A DNA stretch of 64,000 nt from Hemiscyllium ocellatum (taxonomy: Eukaryota). The notes under the pieces were generated by a model. It had not been told where the DNA came from and made no database searches. It worked only from the letters and a program-made list of their open reading frames with translations. The translations under genes were made by a program, and so were the position numbers. Positions within the stretch are counted from its first letter, which is position 1, and each line of letters opens with the position of its first letter. Below are positions 10,950 through 23,500 of this stretch, piece after piece. Where the stretch lies: contig NC_083407.1 in the NCBI RefSeq assembly GCF_020745735.1, forward strand, positions 84,311,857-84,375,856. The letters run 5' to 3'.

Positions 10950-13295
10950 GAGTCACAGAGATATATAGCATAAAAACAAACCCTTGGGTCCAACTTGTCC
11001 ATGCTGACCAGATACCCCGAATAAATCTAGCCCCATTTACCAGTATTTGGCCCTCATCCCACTAAACCCTTCTTATTCATATATGCATTCAGATGCCTTT
11101 TAAATGTAGTAATTGTATCAGACTCCATCACTTTCAGGCAGAGGGCAGTACGTGTATGAGCTGCCAGAAGAAAGGTTGCCCCTTCGGTCCATTTTAAATC
11201 TTTTCCCTCTCACCTTGAACCTATGCCCTCTAGTTTTGGACTCGCCTCCCCAGGGAAAAGACCTTGGCTATTCACCCCATCTGTGCCATTCATGATTTTG
11301 TAAACCTCTAAGGTCACTTCTCAGCCTCCAGAGAAAGTAGTTCCAGCCTAGTCAGCCTCTACCTATAGCTCAAATCCTCCAAAACTACAACGTCCTTGTA
11401 ATCCTGAGGGGCAGGATGGACATGTATTTGGAAAGGCAAGGACTGATTAGGGATACTAAACATGGCTTTGTGTGTGGGAAATCATGTCTCACAAACTTGA
11501 TTTTTTGCAGAAGTAACAAAGAGGATTGATGAGGGCAGAGCAGTAGGTGTGATCTACATGGACTTCAGTAAGGCATTCAATAAGGTTCCCCATGGGGGAC
11601 TGGTTAGAATGTTAGATCTCATGGAATACAGGGAGAACTAGCCATTTGGATATAGAACTGGCTTGAAGGTAGAAGATAGAGGGTGGTGGTGGAGGGTTGT
11701 TTTACAGACTGGAGGCCTGTGACCAGTGGAGTGCCACAAGGATCAGTGATGGGTTATCCACTTTTTGTCATTTACATAAATGATTTGGATGTGAGCATAA
11801 GAGGTAGTAAGTAAGTTTGCAGATGATACCAAAATTGGAGATGCATTGATCGCGAAGGAGGTTATCTCAGATTACAACAGGATCTTGATCAGATGGGCCA
11901 ATGGGCGGAGAAATGGTAGATGGAGTTTAATTCAGATAAATGCGAGGTGCTGCATTTTGGGAAAGCAAATCTTAGCAGGACTTATACACTTAATGGTAAG
12001 GCCCTGGGGACTGTTGCTGAACAAAGAGACCTTGGAGGGCAGGTTCATAGCTCCTTGAAAGTGAAGTCAAAGGTAGATAGATAGTGAAGACGACGTTTGG
12101 TATGCGCTCTTTTATTGGTCAGAGTATTGAGTACAGGAGTTGGGAGGTCATGTTGCAGGTATAGAGGACATTAGTTAGGCCACTGTTGGAATATTGCGTG
12201 CAATTCTGGTCTCCTTCCTATCGGAAAGAGGTTGTGAAACTTTAAAGGGTTCAGAAAAGATTTACAAGGATGTTGCCAGGATTGGAGGATTTGAGCTATA
12301 GGGAGAGGCTGAACAGGCTGGGGCTGTTTCCCCTCGAGCATCGGAGGTTACGGGGTGACCCTATAGAGGTTTACAAAATTGAGGGGCATGGATAGGATAA
12401 ATAGACAAAGTCTTTTCCCTCGGGTGGGTGAGTTCAGAACTAGGACAGTATAGGTTTAGGGCGAGAGGGGAAAAGATATAAAAAGTACCCAAGGGGCAAC
12501 TTTTTCACACAGATGGTGGTATGTGTATGGAATGAACTGCCAGAGAAAGTGGTGGAGGCTGGTACAATGCAACATTTAAGAGGCATTTGGATGGGTATAT
12601 GAATAGGAAGTGATCGGAGGGATATAGGCCAGGTGCTAACAGGTGGAACTAGATTGGGTTGGTATATATGGTCGGCATGGATGGGTTGGATCGAAGAGTC
12701 TGTTTCCATGCTGTGCATCTCTATGACTCTAGTCTTTTCTAAACCCTTTCCAGTTTCACACATTCTTTCTATAACAGGGAGACCAGCCGAAGGACCTGTT
12801 TCCATACTGTAGGGAATCTAATGTTAAAAAATTGCATACAGTATTCCAATAGTGACCTGTACAGCCGCAACAGGACCTCCCAGTTCTGACCAATAAAGGA
12901 AAGCATATCAAACAACCTCTTCACTATCCTATCTACCTGAGACTCCACTTTCAAGGAACAATGAACCTGCACTCCAAGGTGTCTCTGTTCAGCCAGAGGT
13001 GGTGGTGAAGGCTGGCATAATTGCAACATTTTAAAGGCATCTAAATGGGTACATATAGATCACATCCACCACTCTGCCCTCATCAATCCTCTTTGCTCTT
13101 CTTCGAAAAACGTAATCAAGTTTGTGAGTCACGATTTTCCACGCACAAGCACTAATCCGCCCTTGCCTTTCCAAATTGATGTAAATCCTGTCCTTCAGGA
13201 TTCTCTCGGACAACTTGCCCACCACCAATATCAGGCTCACTGGTCTATAGTTCCCAGGCTTTTCCTTACCACCTTTCTGAAATAGTGGTACCCCG
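10950..13295 (-). mobile_element. CR1 LINE 3' portion (minus), interrupted by a plus-strand CR1 and internally rearranged
   Basis: CR1 3' tail at ~10950; RT segments resume at 12732-13295 (LGVQVHCSLKVESQVDR, VVDVIYM). Confidence 0.8.
11405..12731 (+). mobile_element. CR1 LINE, 5'-truncated (RT + 3' UTR)
   Basis: Degenerate HGF..GKSCLTNL, MDFSKAF, GVPQGSV and KFADD motifs; ends in a ctatgactct microsatellite tail. Confidence 0.9.
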
Positions 13296-13586
13296 CTCTG
13301 TGCAGTTTATTTTGATTAATTATGGCTAAATACAGTTTATCCAGAACTTGTTTCATTGTACATAATTCTTCACAGACAAAACTGGGATTCTTGCTGGTCC
13401 TGGTAGTGTCATTTGCTTTAGGATGTCATGAATACAAATCTAGGCCCTCAATCGTATTGAGATTTGATAAAATTACTTCACAGGTAGACCAGGTAAGGAT
13501 GGCAGTTTCCTTCCCTAAAGGGTATTAGTGAACCAGATAGTGTAAACAGATAAAATAATTCAATGACAAATGTAGATTGATTTTGT

Positions 13587-13960
13587 GGGTGGCACGGTGG
13601 TTAGCACTGCTGCCTTATAGCACCAAAGAACTGGGTTCAATTCCCGACTCAGGAAAAGGAGGCATGGTGGCACAGTGGTTAGCACTGTTGCCTCATAGCG
13701 CCAGAGACCTGGGTTCAATTCCCGCCTCAGGCGACTGACTGTGTGGAGTTTGCACATCCTCCCAATGTCTGCGTGGGTATCCCCGGTTTCTTTCCACAGT
13801 CCAAAAAAAAGGTGCAGATTAGGTGGATTGGCCATGCTAAATTGCCCGTAGTGTTAGGTGAAGGGGTAAAATGGAGGGTAATGGGTTTGGGTGAGTTGCG
13901 CTTCAGCGGGACTTGTTGGGCCAAAGGGCCTGTTTCCATACTAAGTAATCTAATCTAATA
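13587..13960 (+). mobile_element. HE1/V-SINE with duplicated tRNA-derived head
   Basis: A/B boxes (tggcacagtgg, gggttcaattccc), V-domain core, CR1-like 3' end and (aatct)n tail; extra head copy at 13587-13652. Confidence 0.9.
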
Positions 13961-14029
13961 TAGGAGTAAAATGACAGGTCGGCCTCTATTTCTGACAGTT
14001 GATAATAGTTATGTGAATTCTTAAAATAA

Positions 14030-14232
14030 TAACAAAATACCATGGATGAAGAAGATCTGAAAGAAATGTAAGTGCTGAAGAAACACAAAAGGTCAGACAG
14101 CCTTTGTGGAGAAAAAGATTTGACACTCTTCCATAAAGAGTTTCAAAGAGGAATCATGGAACTCAAAACATCAACTCCAGTTCTCTCTTCACAGAAGCTT
14201 CCGGGCCTGCTGGGTTTTGCCAACACTTTCAC
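14030..14232. repeat. Old degenerate palindromic PLE-end element
   Basis: gtgctgaagaaacac..aggtcagacagc..tgtggaga followed by its approximate inverse (cacagaagct...cctgctgggttttgccaacac). Confidence 0.5.
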
Positions 14233-14489
14233 AGGTTATGCAAATTCAGTTGGTGGAATGAATCTGTACATTTGGCCCAAGATGACAGTTTAGCTCCATA
14301 GTTCATGTGATTTGATAATTTTAAACTTTTTTTTGATTGCATTCTATCATGGTCTTCCATAACTTTTGTACCTCCCTCATGAGAAAGGACATCCTCACAC
14401 CATCTAGTTTGTCAAGCTCCTTCAGTATTTTATTTGACTCAGTAAGGTCATCTCTCATCCACTTTGGAGTTTAGAAGAAAAAGTCAAAC

Positions 14490-15073
14490 CTGTGGAAAGA
14501 GGCCATTCAGCTCATCAAGTCTGCACTAACCCTCTGAAGAGCATCCAATCTAGATCTAGTCCCCAACCCTATCCCCATAATCCTGCTAATTCACCTACCC
14601 TGCATCCTTGGACACTATGGGACAGTTTGACATGGTCAATTCACTTAACCCGCACATCTTTGGAGTATGGGACGAAACTGGAGCATCCAGAGGAAACCCA
14701 CAGAGATAGAGAGAATGTACAAACTCCATGCTTAAGGCGAGAAGAGAAAGATTTAAAAGGGACGAAAGGGTCAATTTTTTCCACAGAGTGTGGTGCGTGT
14801 ATGGAATAAGCTACCAAAGGTGGTGGAGGAGGCTGACACAATTACAACATTTTAAAAGCATCTGGATGCGTACATGAAAAGGAAGGGTTTAGAGCGTTAT
14901 GTGCCAAATGCTGGCAAATGGGTTTAGATTAGTTTGGCATATCTGGCCGTTATGGATAAGTTGAACCGAAAGGTGTACATTTCCATGACTCTATGACTCC
15001 ATAAAGACATTTACCCAAGGCTGGAATCAAGCCCGGGTCACCGGCATTGTCAGGCAGCAGTGCTAACTACTGA
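14490..15073 (-). mobile_element. HE1/V-SINE (minus) with a nested CR1 3' fragment (+, 14730-14995; TSD actccat)
   Basis: SINE core broken at actccat 14723-14729 and resumed after actccat 14996-15002. Confidence 0.8.
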
Positions 15074-15659
15074 GAAAATCCATTCATTTAAAGAATCAAA
15101 CTAATGTACCTTCTCAAAACTGCCTCCAATGAAAGTATATCCCTGCTTAAATGAGGCCACCAAAACTGCACACAATTCTCTCGGTGTGCACTCAATAAGG
15201 ACCTGTGTATTTCCCTACTTTTAAACTCCATCCCTCTAAACTAGCTAAACTGAACATATACTTCCCATTGGAAGTGTACTTCAGAGATCAGATTAACGAA
15301 CATGCATCACTGTTCTTCCTTAATCATCACAGTAGTGTCCACTCAAGAATGATTTGAAAAATTCAGTATGAACAACAATAATAGAGATGGCCAAATGATT
15401 TGCAATACAATGAATGCTATTACATTGGGCCACATAAGTGTAATCTGTGGAATGCAAAGACATCAGTTTTAATTAGCATGGATCATAGTGATGCATATAC
15501 ACATTGTAGATATTTATTAATCGATACACTGGGTTTAGGAAGAAAATAATTCACTTGGAAGTTTTATAGTGGCTTCCCACCTCTGAAGATTAAATGTTCT
15601 GGATATAATCCATATTAAAGTTTGGATATAATATCAAATAGTCTTTTTTTTGTTCTTAC

Positions 15660-15742
15660 TTTGCTACATGCCAAGTGAAGAGCTGTATTCTTGTTGGTGT
15701 CTTTGGAAGTTAAGTCAGCATTCGCACTGTTTACCAAGATCT
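15660..15742 (-). CDS. ANKRD44: ANKRD44 exon (EILVNSANADLTSKDTNKNTALHLACSK)
   Basis: 83 bp; acceptor ttccatttcag, donor gtaaga; phases 1/0. Confidence 0.95.
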
Positions 15743-16544
15743 CTGAAATGGAAAAATATTTTTAAACAATGATTTTCAAAGAAGCGATCAAAGTCCAATT
15801 GCTGCATTATTTTCACATTAAGCTACATAGGTCAATGGAACCAGTATTCAAGACATTCATGTCCTTTTTTTTGGTTTCAGTATCAACCAAAAATTTGTCT
15901 ATTATTGTAATATGTGTAACAACATTAATAATACATTTATCAGATGCCTCACTAACTCTTTGGTTCACTAGTCACTGCTTAGTATAAACTATGGACATTG
16001 AGAATTTGTTTTTTAACAAGTAAATGCACAAAAGGTGCTCGACGAATACATGCCACAGATGGTGTTTATAATGACATTTTCCTTCAAGAAAATTGTGACT
16101 TTGTTTGATTAAAGGCAATAGGTTGAAGTTAGTGACTGGGACAGCAGCCTTGTCCACCAGCTGGATAGCCAGTGACAATGCCATCATGGCTGTTTCCAGG
16201 AGAATAGAAACAGGAGAAATCGACTATTTGGCCTCTTGTCCTTAACTCTACTTTCTCTCATGTTTATTCTCCTTTATCCTAGACTTCCTTGAAGACTGAA
16301 AATCTAACTCAGCCATGAGTATATTGCAAAGACAGCCTTTTGTTTTTGGAAATATAAACGATAAAATGAAGTTTTGGATACTGTGTTGCAAGGAATGAAT
16401 TAGTTTGTTTTAAACAATTCAAAAAGAAGTGTGGAACTGTGTGACATACATTTCTTTGTTATACGAGGACCTCTAACATTCAGAGAAACTGCATTTGAGA
16501 GACATGCTTGTACCATACATCTTTGGATTAAAATAATGTCCGAT

Positions 16545-19500
16545 GGGGGAATCCAAGACAGCGGCAACCTAGAAGGATCACATTGCTAGACGCAACTAGA
16601 AATAGTCCCATCCATGCTACTGTGAACAAAAAATAAAAAACAATAAAAGAGCTACAGAACCTGAAAATTTCATTTACCTTTGTTTTTGCTACAGGAGAAT
16701 GCCAAAGAAAGGAAGGAGTTCACCTGGGGCCATGGCTGCAGTTCAATCCACTGAGGTGGCGGGCTTGCTTACTCACCAGGCTTTGGTTGAGGAGTCCACC
16801 AAATCTCAGACATCCTGGGGAAGCAGATTGAAGGGAAAAGACAAAAAAAAAGAGGAAAAGCTGGCCCCGGTCTCTGCTATGCTGCAAAAGCACGAACAGC
16901 AGCTGGAAGACCTGGGGAAAAGAACTAATGCCCTCGAATGCCAGGTCACAGGGGTGGAAGCAGAGGCTGATCCATCCAAGAGTCAGATTGAAGCCCTAGA
17001 AACACAGGTCCATAGTTTGCTGGATGACCTTGAAAACAGGAGCAGAAGAATCTGTGTGTTGTTGGCATGCCAGAGGGGATGAAAGGTGAGCAGCCAGTGG
17101 AATTCTTTGAGAACAGACTCACAGGGGGAAGGGAGGCGGAAAGGGGAAGGATAAAGATAAAGATCAAGAGCGTCCACTGGGTCACGCCACTGAGGCCAGA
17201 AATGGACAAGCTCCCTCGCCCTGTTCCATCATTATAAAGACAAAGAGTCATGGAAGCTTCCAGAACCTAGGGGAGGGATCAGAGGGGGTTGGTGTGCGAG
17301 GGCTCCAGGATTATGGTTTTCCCAGACTTTTCAGCGGCTGTGACCCAGAAGAGGAAGTCCTACGATGGCATCAAGAAGAGATTTGAGAGAGCTTGGGATC
17401 CAGTACTCAAAGCTATCTAGCGCTGCTTTGGATTAATCATAATGGATCGGTACATTTATTTGACTTGCCAGACAAAATGAGGAACTTTATGGACACGCTG
17501 ACCTAAGCCAGATAATTGAATAGGCACGGGTAACAGTAGTTTGGGTTTGTCCTTCTTCAGATAGGACTTCGTAGAGTCTCCTTTTGTTGACAATTAAATT
17601 AAATTATGCTCCAAATGGATAGATATTTACCTTTAATTTCTAAGTTAAGCTATATCAAGGGATGGGTGATGTATATACTTTTAACTTACTTGTGCATATT
17701 ACTTATTTTTTTTCTTACTTTTTTTGGCTACTTTATCCTGCATTGTCTGTGTTTGTGGTGCAACTCTAACTACTAGGAGTTAAGAAGATGATTGGGATGG
17801 TTAATAGGATTTTGGGATGTGTAGGTGCCTCCTTTGAATGGGGGGGTAAATTCCTCTAATCAGTACCTTAGGCACTTTTTATTGCTTTTCTGTTTTTTGG
17901 TGTACATAGCTTTTGCAAGTTTTGTAGGTTTGTTGGTTACAGCTTTTGTGTATGTAGTTTTTGTATTGTGGACTTTCTTGTGCTGAAACTCGACGATTCA
18001 GAATTCAAGTTCTTCCTCTCTGGAATCTAAATCGTGTTATAGAAGGTTATGGCTAAGGATGTGTTCAAGTGATGTACCTGGATCATTAAGGGTAGTCACT
18101 CACTGGTCATGAGGAAGAAGGTAGGTTCCAGTCTTATAGGGAGGGGGTGGAAGTTGCCTTATTACAAGAAATACATCTAGATGATGCAGAACATTTGAAA
18201 CCGCAACAGAATGGGTATGACCGAGTTTAATTCTGATCTGTCAAAACCAGGAGTTGGGGGTGGAGGTGGGGGACATACTTGTTAGGAAGAATCTGCCATT
18301 TAAGTTGTTATAGTGTATTAAAGACACACACAGGAGATTTGTAATCCTTAAAGATTTGATAAATGGGTAAGAATGCGGGATCTCAAATGTTTATTGTTTC
18401 CCAGCCCACCCCTTCAGGTTCTTGATATACGCACTTTCTAAACTAGTTAACCTTGCATCTCAACATATTATTGTGGGGGCATTTTAATAGATCCTACTAT
18501 ACACAGATTGCCCAAAGGGCCCCCCCACCCTGATATCTTCATTGGGATCTAAGCAATTAAGGGATTTGTGTGTTGAACTAAGACTGGTAGAAGTTTGGAG
18601 GCACCTTCACCCTACTGTTAGGGATTTTATGTTTTTCTTGAATCTGCACAAATGCCATACCAGGATTGATCTCTTTTTGACTCCTGTAGCATATTTGGGC
18701 TCGGTGGTGTCATGTACAATTGGCAATATCACTGTGTCAGATCATGCTCCAGTGCATCTAATGGTCAAGATTGAGGATATTATGGTAGACTTGAGGCAGT
18801 GGCAATTGAATCCCTTCATCCTTAAGGATAGCACATTTACTGAATTCTTTTCTACTGAATTCAGGGCTTTTTTAGACGTTAATTCAGGTTTGGCCAGTAA
18901 TCGATCTGTTCTCTGGGAAACTGCTAAAGCCTATGTTAGGGGGTTAGTTATTTCCTATTTTGCCAGTAAGAAATGGCAGAAGGGTGAGCAGCAATGCTTG
19001 CTCGAGACAGGTCTGAAGACAGCTGAAAAGGCATACTTTGATAGGCCTTCACTGGCTAAACTATAGAGGATCACACAGTGCTTTGATCCACATCGAACTC
19101 CACGCTCACACAGACAGCTAAGAGGGAACTTTCATTTGCAAAACAAAGGTTGTTTGAGCATGGGGATAAACCAGGCAAATACTCAGCATATTTTACCAGG
19201 AAAAGGAGTGCTCCCCAAGCCATTACTTCAATCAGAGAAGATACTGGAAATTTAACCCATGGTTCCTCAAGGATTAATGGTGCATTTTGGAAATTTTACT
19301 CCAAACTATACCAGTCTGAAAGTTGAGAAGACGAGTGAGCTAGGATGGAATCTTTTTGGAAGAATTTGGACCTCCTGGGAGTGACCCCTGAGCAAGTGTT
19401 TCTCCTTAACACCACACTGTCATTGCAAGAGGTGCAGGAGGCAATGAGGCAGCTTTCGTATGGAAAAGCGCCTGGTCCTGATGGACTTCCCAGCGAGTTT

Positions 19501-20390
19501 TATAAGGAATTGATAAATACACTGTCAGGACATATGTTTAGCATGTTTAAATGATTCACATAATCGTGGCCTCCTCCTGCCATCTTTGAGAAAGGCAAAC
19601 ATTTCTCTTATCCTTAAAAAAGGAAGGCCCTGGAGGACTCTGCTTCCTATAGGCCCATCTCACCTCAATGTCAATTTCTACAGGGTCCGCTTGGCTCCAG
19701 ACTGCCTTTGAAAATTTAAGTGTGGGTATCTCTAATGTGTCGTAAATGCAAAAGGAGTATGGCTACGCTCACTCAGTCTCTGACCCTGCCGCAGGCTGCG
19801 GGCATACCGGAGTATTGTGATATGAGAAACAGAGGGGGTCTTGGGGATAGAGGTGGAGATGGACCCTGTATCTCTTCTTCTTGGCCTTGACAAGCCACTT
19901 CTATTAGATGCGCATAAAAAAAAGTTTTTCAGTATCCTCACTTTTTTGTGCAAAAATAACATTCTGCTATGCGTAGAGAAAGCCTCCCCGGACTGTTGGG
20001 CTGTTGTAAGCTCGTCATAGAACACATCCCTTTGGACTTTCTTACAAGTGTGGTGCAGAATAAAACTAAGACATGGCAGCCCTTTTTAAGGCTACTTGGG
20101 TAGAGATTTGTCTGCTATACTAATAAGGGCCTTTATATAGCCATGATGATTCTGTTTAATGAATCAGATATTCAAAGAGGAGAAATTATGAACATGTGTA
20201 TGAATTTATGTTCTCGATGTTCGAGGGCTATTACTTTGTTTCGTTGAGCTGTATTATTATTAGTGCCATGATTCATTAGTTGTTAGTTTTTATTAATTAT
20301 TTATGTAACTAGTGGGTTTCTTTGTATTGCTTTGTATTTGTTATAATATCCAAAAAAACCTTTTTTCAAATAAAAATATACTTTTAAAAA
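16545..20390 (+). mobile_element. L1-clade LINE, 5'-intact, degenerate, RT core deleted
   Basis: GGGGGAATCCAAGA start; ORF1 (DDLENRSRR); endonuclease (HTRIDLF, SDHAPV); GKAPGPDGLPSEFYK; jumps at ~19680 from YRPIS to the C-terminal zinc-knuckle region; AATAAA and A-tail. Confidence 0.9.
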
Positions 20391-20550
20391 AATGCCTGAC
20401 AACATCAATAGGAAATCTGTAGTTTGGCACAGACCTCAGGAGAGGCAGTTGCACTTCGTTTTCATGTTTCTTAGAAATCCCAGACAGGACCATCTCTCAC
20501 TTCTGAGAGTGGCAAAAAAAAAGCACTCAAACACTTTAAAAACAACTTGT

Positions 20551-23500
20551 GGGTGGATCCAAGATGGCAGCAATCCAACAGGTTTGTATTGCTGAGCTCT
20601 ACATCATAACTCAGGCGAAGTGGTGCTTTTACCCTCCCCGTCTAGCTATTTTGGAGAAAAATAGATAGTTTAATATCAGTAGAATTGCTACACATCTTTT
20701 TTTAGCAAGGAAAGATGACTAAAGGCAAAGGACCAAACAAATTGCAACAGACGGGACACTCCCCTGCAGCATCAGATATGCCCACGGCCGCAGCTACTGC
20801 CTCCCCCAAAATCCTGGTGGAGTCACCTGCTCAAGAGGCCTGGCTGGAGAGTTCGTGAAACTCCAGGAGAAGATCACAGCATCGATTGAAGAGAATCGCA
20901 CCATGCTGCAAAAGGATAAGCAGCAGCTACCGAGTCTCAGGAAGCAAGTGGAGGAGGTTGACCGGTAGACCGCGACGTCAGAGACCGCAGTTGAGTCCTC
21001 GATGGGACGTATCCAGGCTCTGCAGGTACAGGCCTTAGGAGAACAGGTCAATGACCTGGAGGTTCGAAGCCAAAGAAAAAACATCCATGTGGTCGGCCTG
21101 ATGGAGTGAGTGTAAGGTGAGCAGCCAGCCAGTTTTTCGAAGAATGGCAGCTGTGATTTCTGGGCTGTGAGGCAGAGGCAGACCAGGTGTGAATTGAAAG
21201 AGTTCATCAGGTGGTGGTGTGCAGGCCCAGTATGGACCGGCGCCCCCTCCCAGTCCTAGTGTGATTCCAGTCCGATAGGGACAAACAAAAGGCAATGGAA
21301 GGCGCCAGGTTGCTGGGAAAGGATCCACAGGCCATGATTTATGAAGGATTAAAGATTATATTTTCCAAGACTTCTCTACAGCCATGATCCTTTGATGAGG
21401 TGAAGAGGAGACTGAGGGATCTGGATATTCAATATTCTATCAGGTGTCCGACAATGCTCCGTTTTAACCACAAAGGGTCCATGCATGCATTTGACTCCTC
21501 AGAAAAAGCAAATTACTTTCTGGACACTATGAAATTGACCGGATGGTCCAAAGAACATGGACAATAATGGTTCTCTTTCCTTTTCCTTATTTTTCCCCCT
21601 CTACCTCATGTATCTCTTTCTTTATTATTTTGTTTCAGAAAGCATTGTTGATTTTTTCTTCCTGGTAATAATGGAGGTCAGTGTGGGGTTGGGGAAGGGT
21701 GAAGTGCCCACTTTTGATTTCTTTGTCCATAATACCTTTCTTTTGATCCTTCGGAGGAGTGTGGGACACACTCAAGCTAGGAGGAGTTATGGGGGTGTAT
21801 GTGAGTAGTGTTAAGCGACCCTGTAGGCAGGGTGGGTCTCCAATCAAGTGTTTTTTGTATGTTGTAATTGCTTTAGTTTGTTGGTTTTTAGTCAAGGGCA
21901 TTTTTGAAAGTTTTATTAACGTAGTTTTAGTGTGTGTTTATTTTAAGACTCCATGAATCTCCATTGTTTACACGTGGCACATTGTGAGTAGGGTTCTTCC
22001 TCTCAGGGGTTCAAGGACTGTTATAGAGGGATATGGCTAAGTGTCTGCTTTAATGGTGCACCTGGAATATTAAGGGATGTCACTTGTCAGTCAAGAGGGA
22101 AAAAAAAAGTACTTACAAGTCTCAGGAAGGAGATGGTTGATATGGCCCTTTTGCAAGAAACTCATCTTGATGATAGGGAGCACTTAAAAAGGTACAGAAG
22201 GATGGGTTTGATTGTGTGTTTTTTTGTCGTTTAATACTAAGAGCAGGGGAGTGGCCATACTTGCCCAGAAGAGCCTCCCATTTAAGTTCTTAGAGCAACT
22301 TAATGGTGAACAGGGGCAGTTTTTAATCCTTAAAGCTTTAATACATGGTGAAGAGTATGGCATCCTAAATCTTTACTGTACCGTGGCACACCCCCTCAAA
22401 TTGCTGATTGATGCACTAAGTGAATTGCCCTTGGAACGTGGACCCCACACACAATGCTCAAAAGGTCCCCCAAATATCTCTCCGCAATCCAAGTGACTGG
22501 TTGACTTATACATAGAATTGGGGCTGGCGGAAATGTCTCCACTCTATGGGTAGGAACTTCACCTTTTTCACTGATCCATACAAGTGTCATACCAGGATTG
22601 ACCTTTTTTTAAAGCTCCCACTGTCTTTCTGGAGTCAGTGGTGTTCTGTAAAATTGAAAACAGAGCCATTTCCTACCATGCGGCAGTGTATTTGGAGGTT
22701 GACATTAAGGGCAATGGAAGAAGTTTGTGGCATTGGCAAATGGATCCTTTTATTTTTAAGGACAGTAAATTTGTCGAGTACTTCGAGTGAGTTTAAAGTG
22801 TTCTTGGCTATCAATTCGAACACAGCTAGTAACCCGTTTGTACTCTGGGAGACTGCTAAGGCCTATGCTAGGGGGATAGTTATCGTTTATTCGGCCAGCT
22901 GGAAGCAACAGAAGGGAGGGCAGCAATGTCTGCTCGACGCATGGTTAAAGGCAGCTGAGACAGCATATTTTGAGAGGCCTGTGACTAAATTGCAGCGGGT
23001 CACGGCTCTCCAGGTCACTTTGAACTCTAAACTCACTCAGACAGCAAAGAGAAAACACTTGCATGAATCAATGACTGTTTGAGCATGACAGTAGGCTAGA
23101 CAAATTCTTGGCATATCTGGCCAGTAAAAAAAAAACACCCTCCAATCCATTACATCACTCAGAGAAGGCAATGGGATTCGTACATGTGACTTTAAAAAGA
23201 TCAATGTGGCATTTTGGAGTTTTTACTCTGAACTATATCAGTCAGAATGCTGCGAGGATAGTTGGGCTAAGATGGAGTCTCTTTTTTTAAAAAAAGAACC
23301 TGGACCTTCCAGGCGTGACTTCGGAACAGGCATCTCTTCTTAATGGCCCCTTGACAGTGCAAGAGATACAGGAGACAGTAAGCCAGCTCCAAGTGGGAAG
23401 GTGCCCGGCCCTAATGCTCTCCCAAGTGAGTTCTACAAAGAATTTATAAATATCCTGTCATGGCCATTCCAGACATGTACAACTATTCGTACAGTCATGA

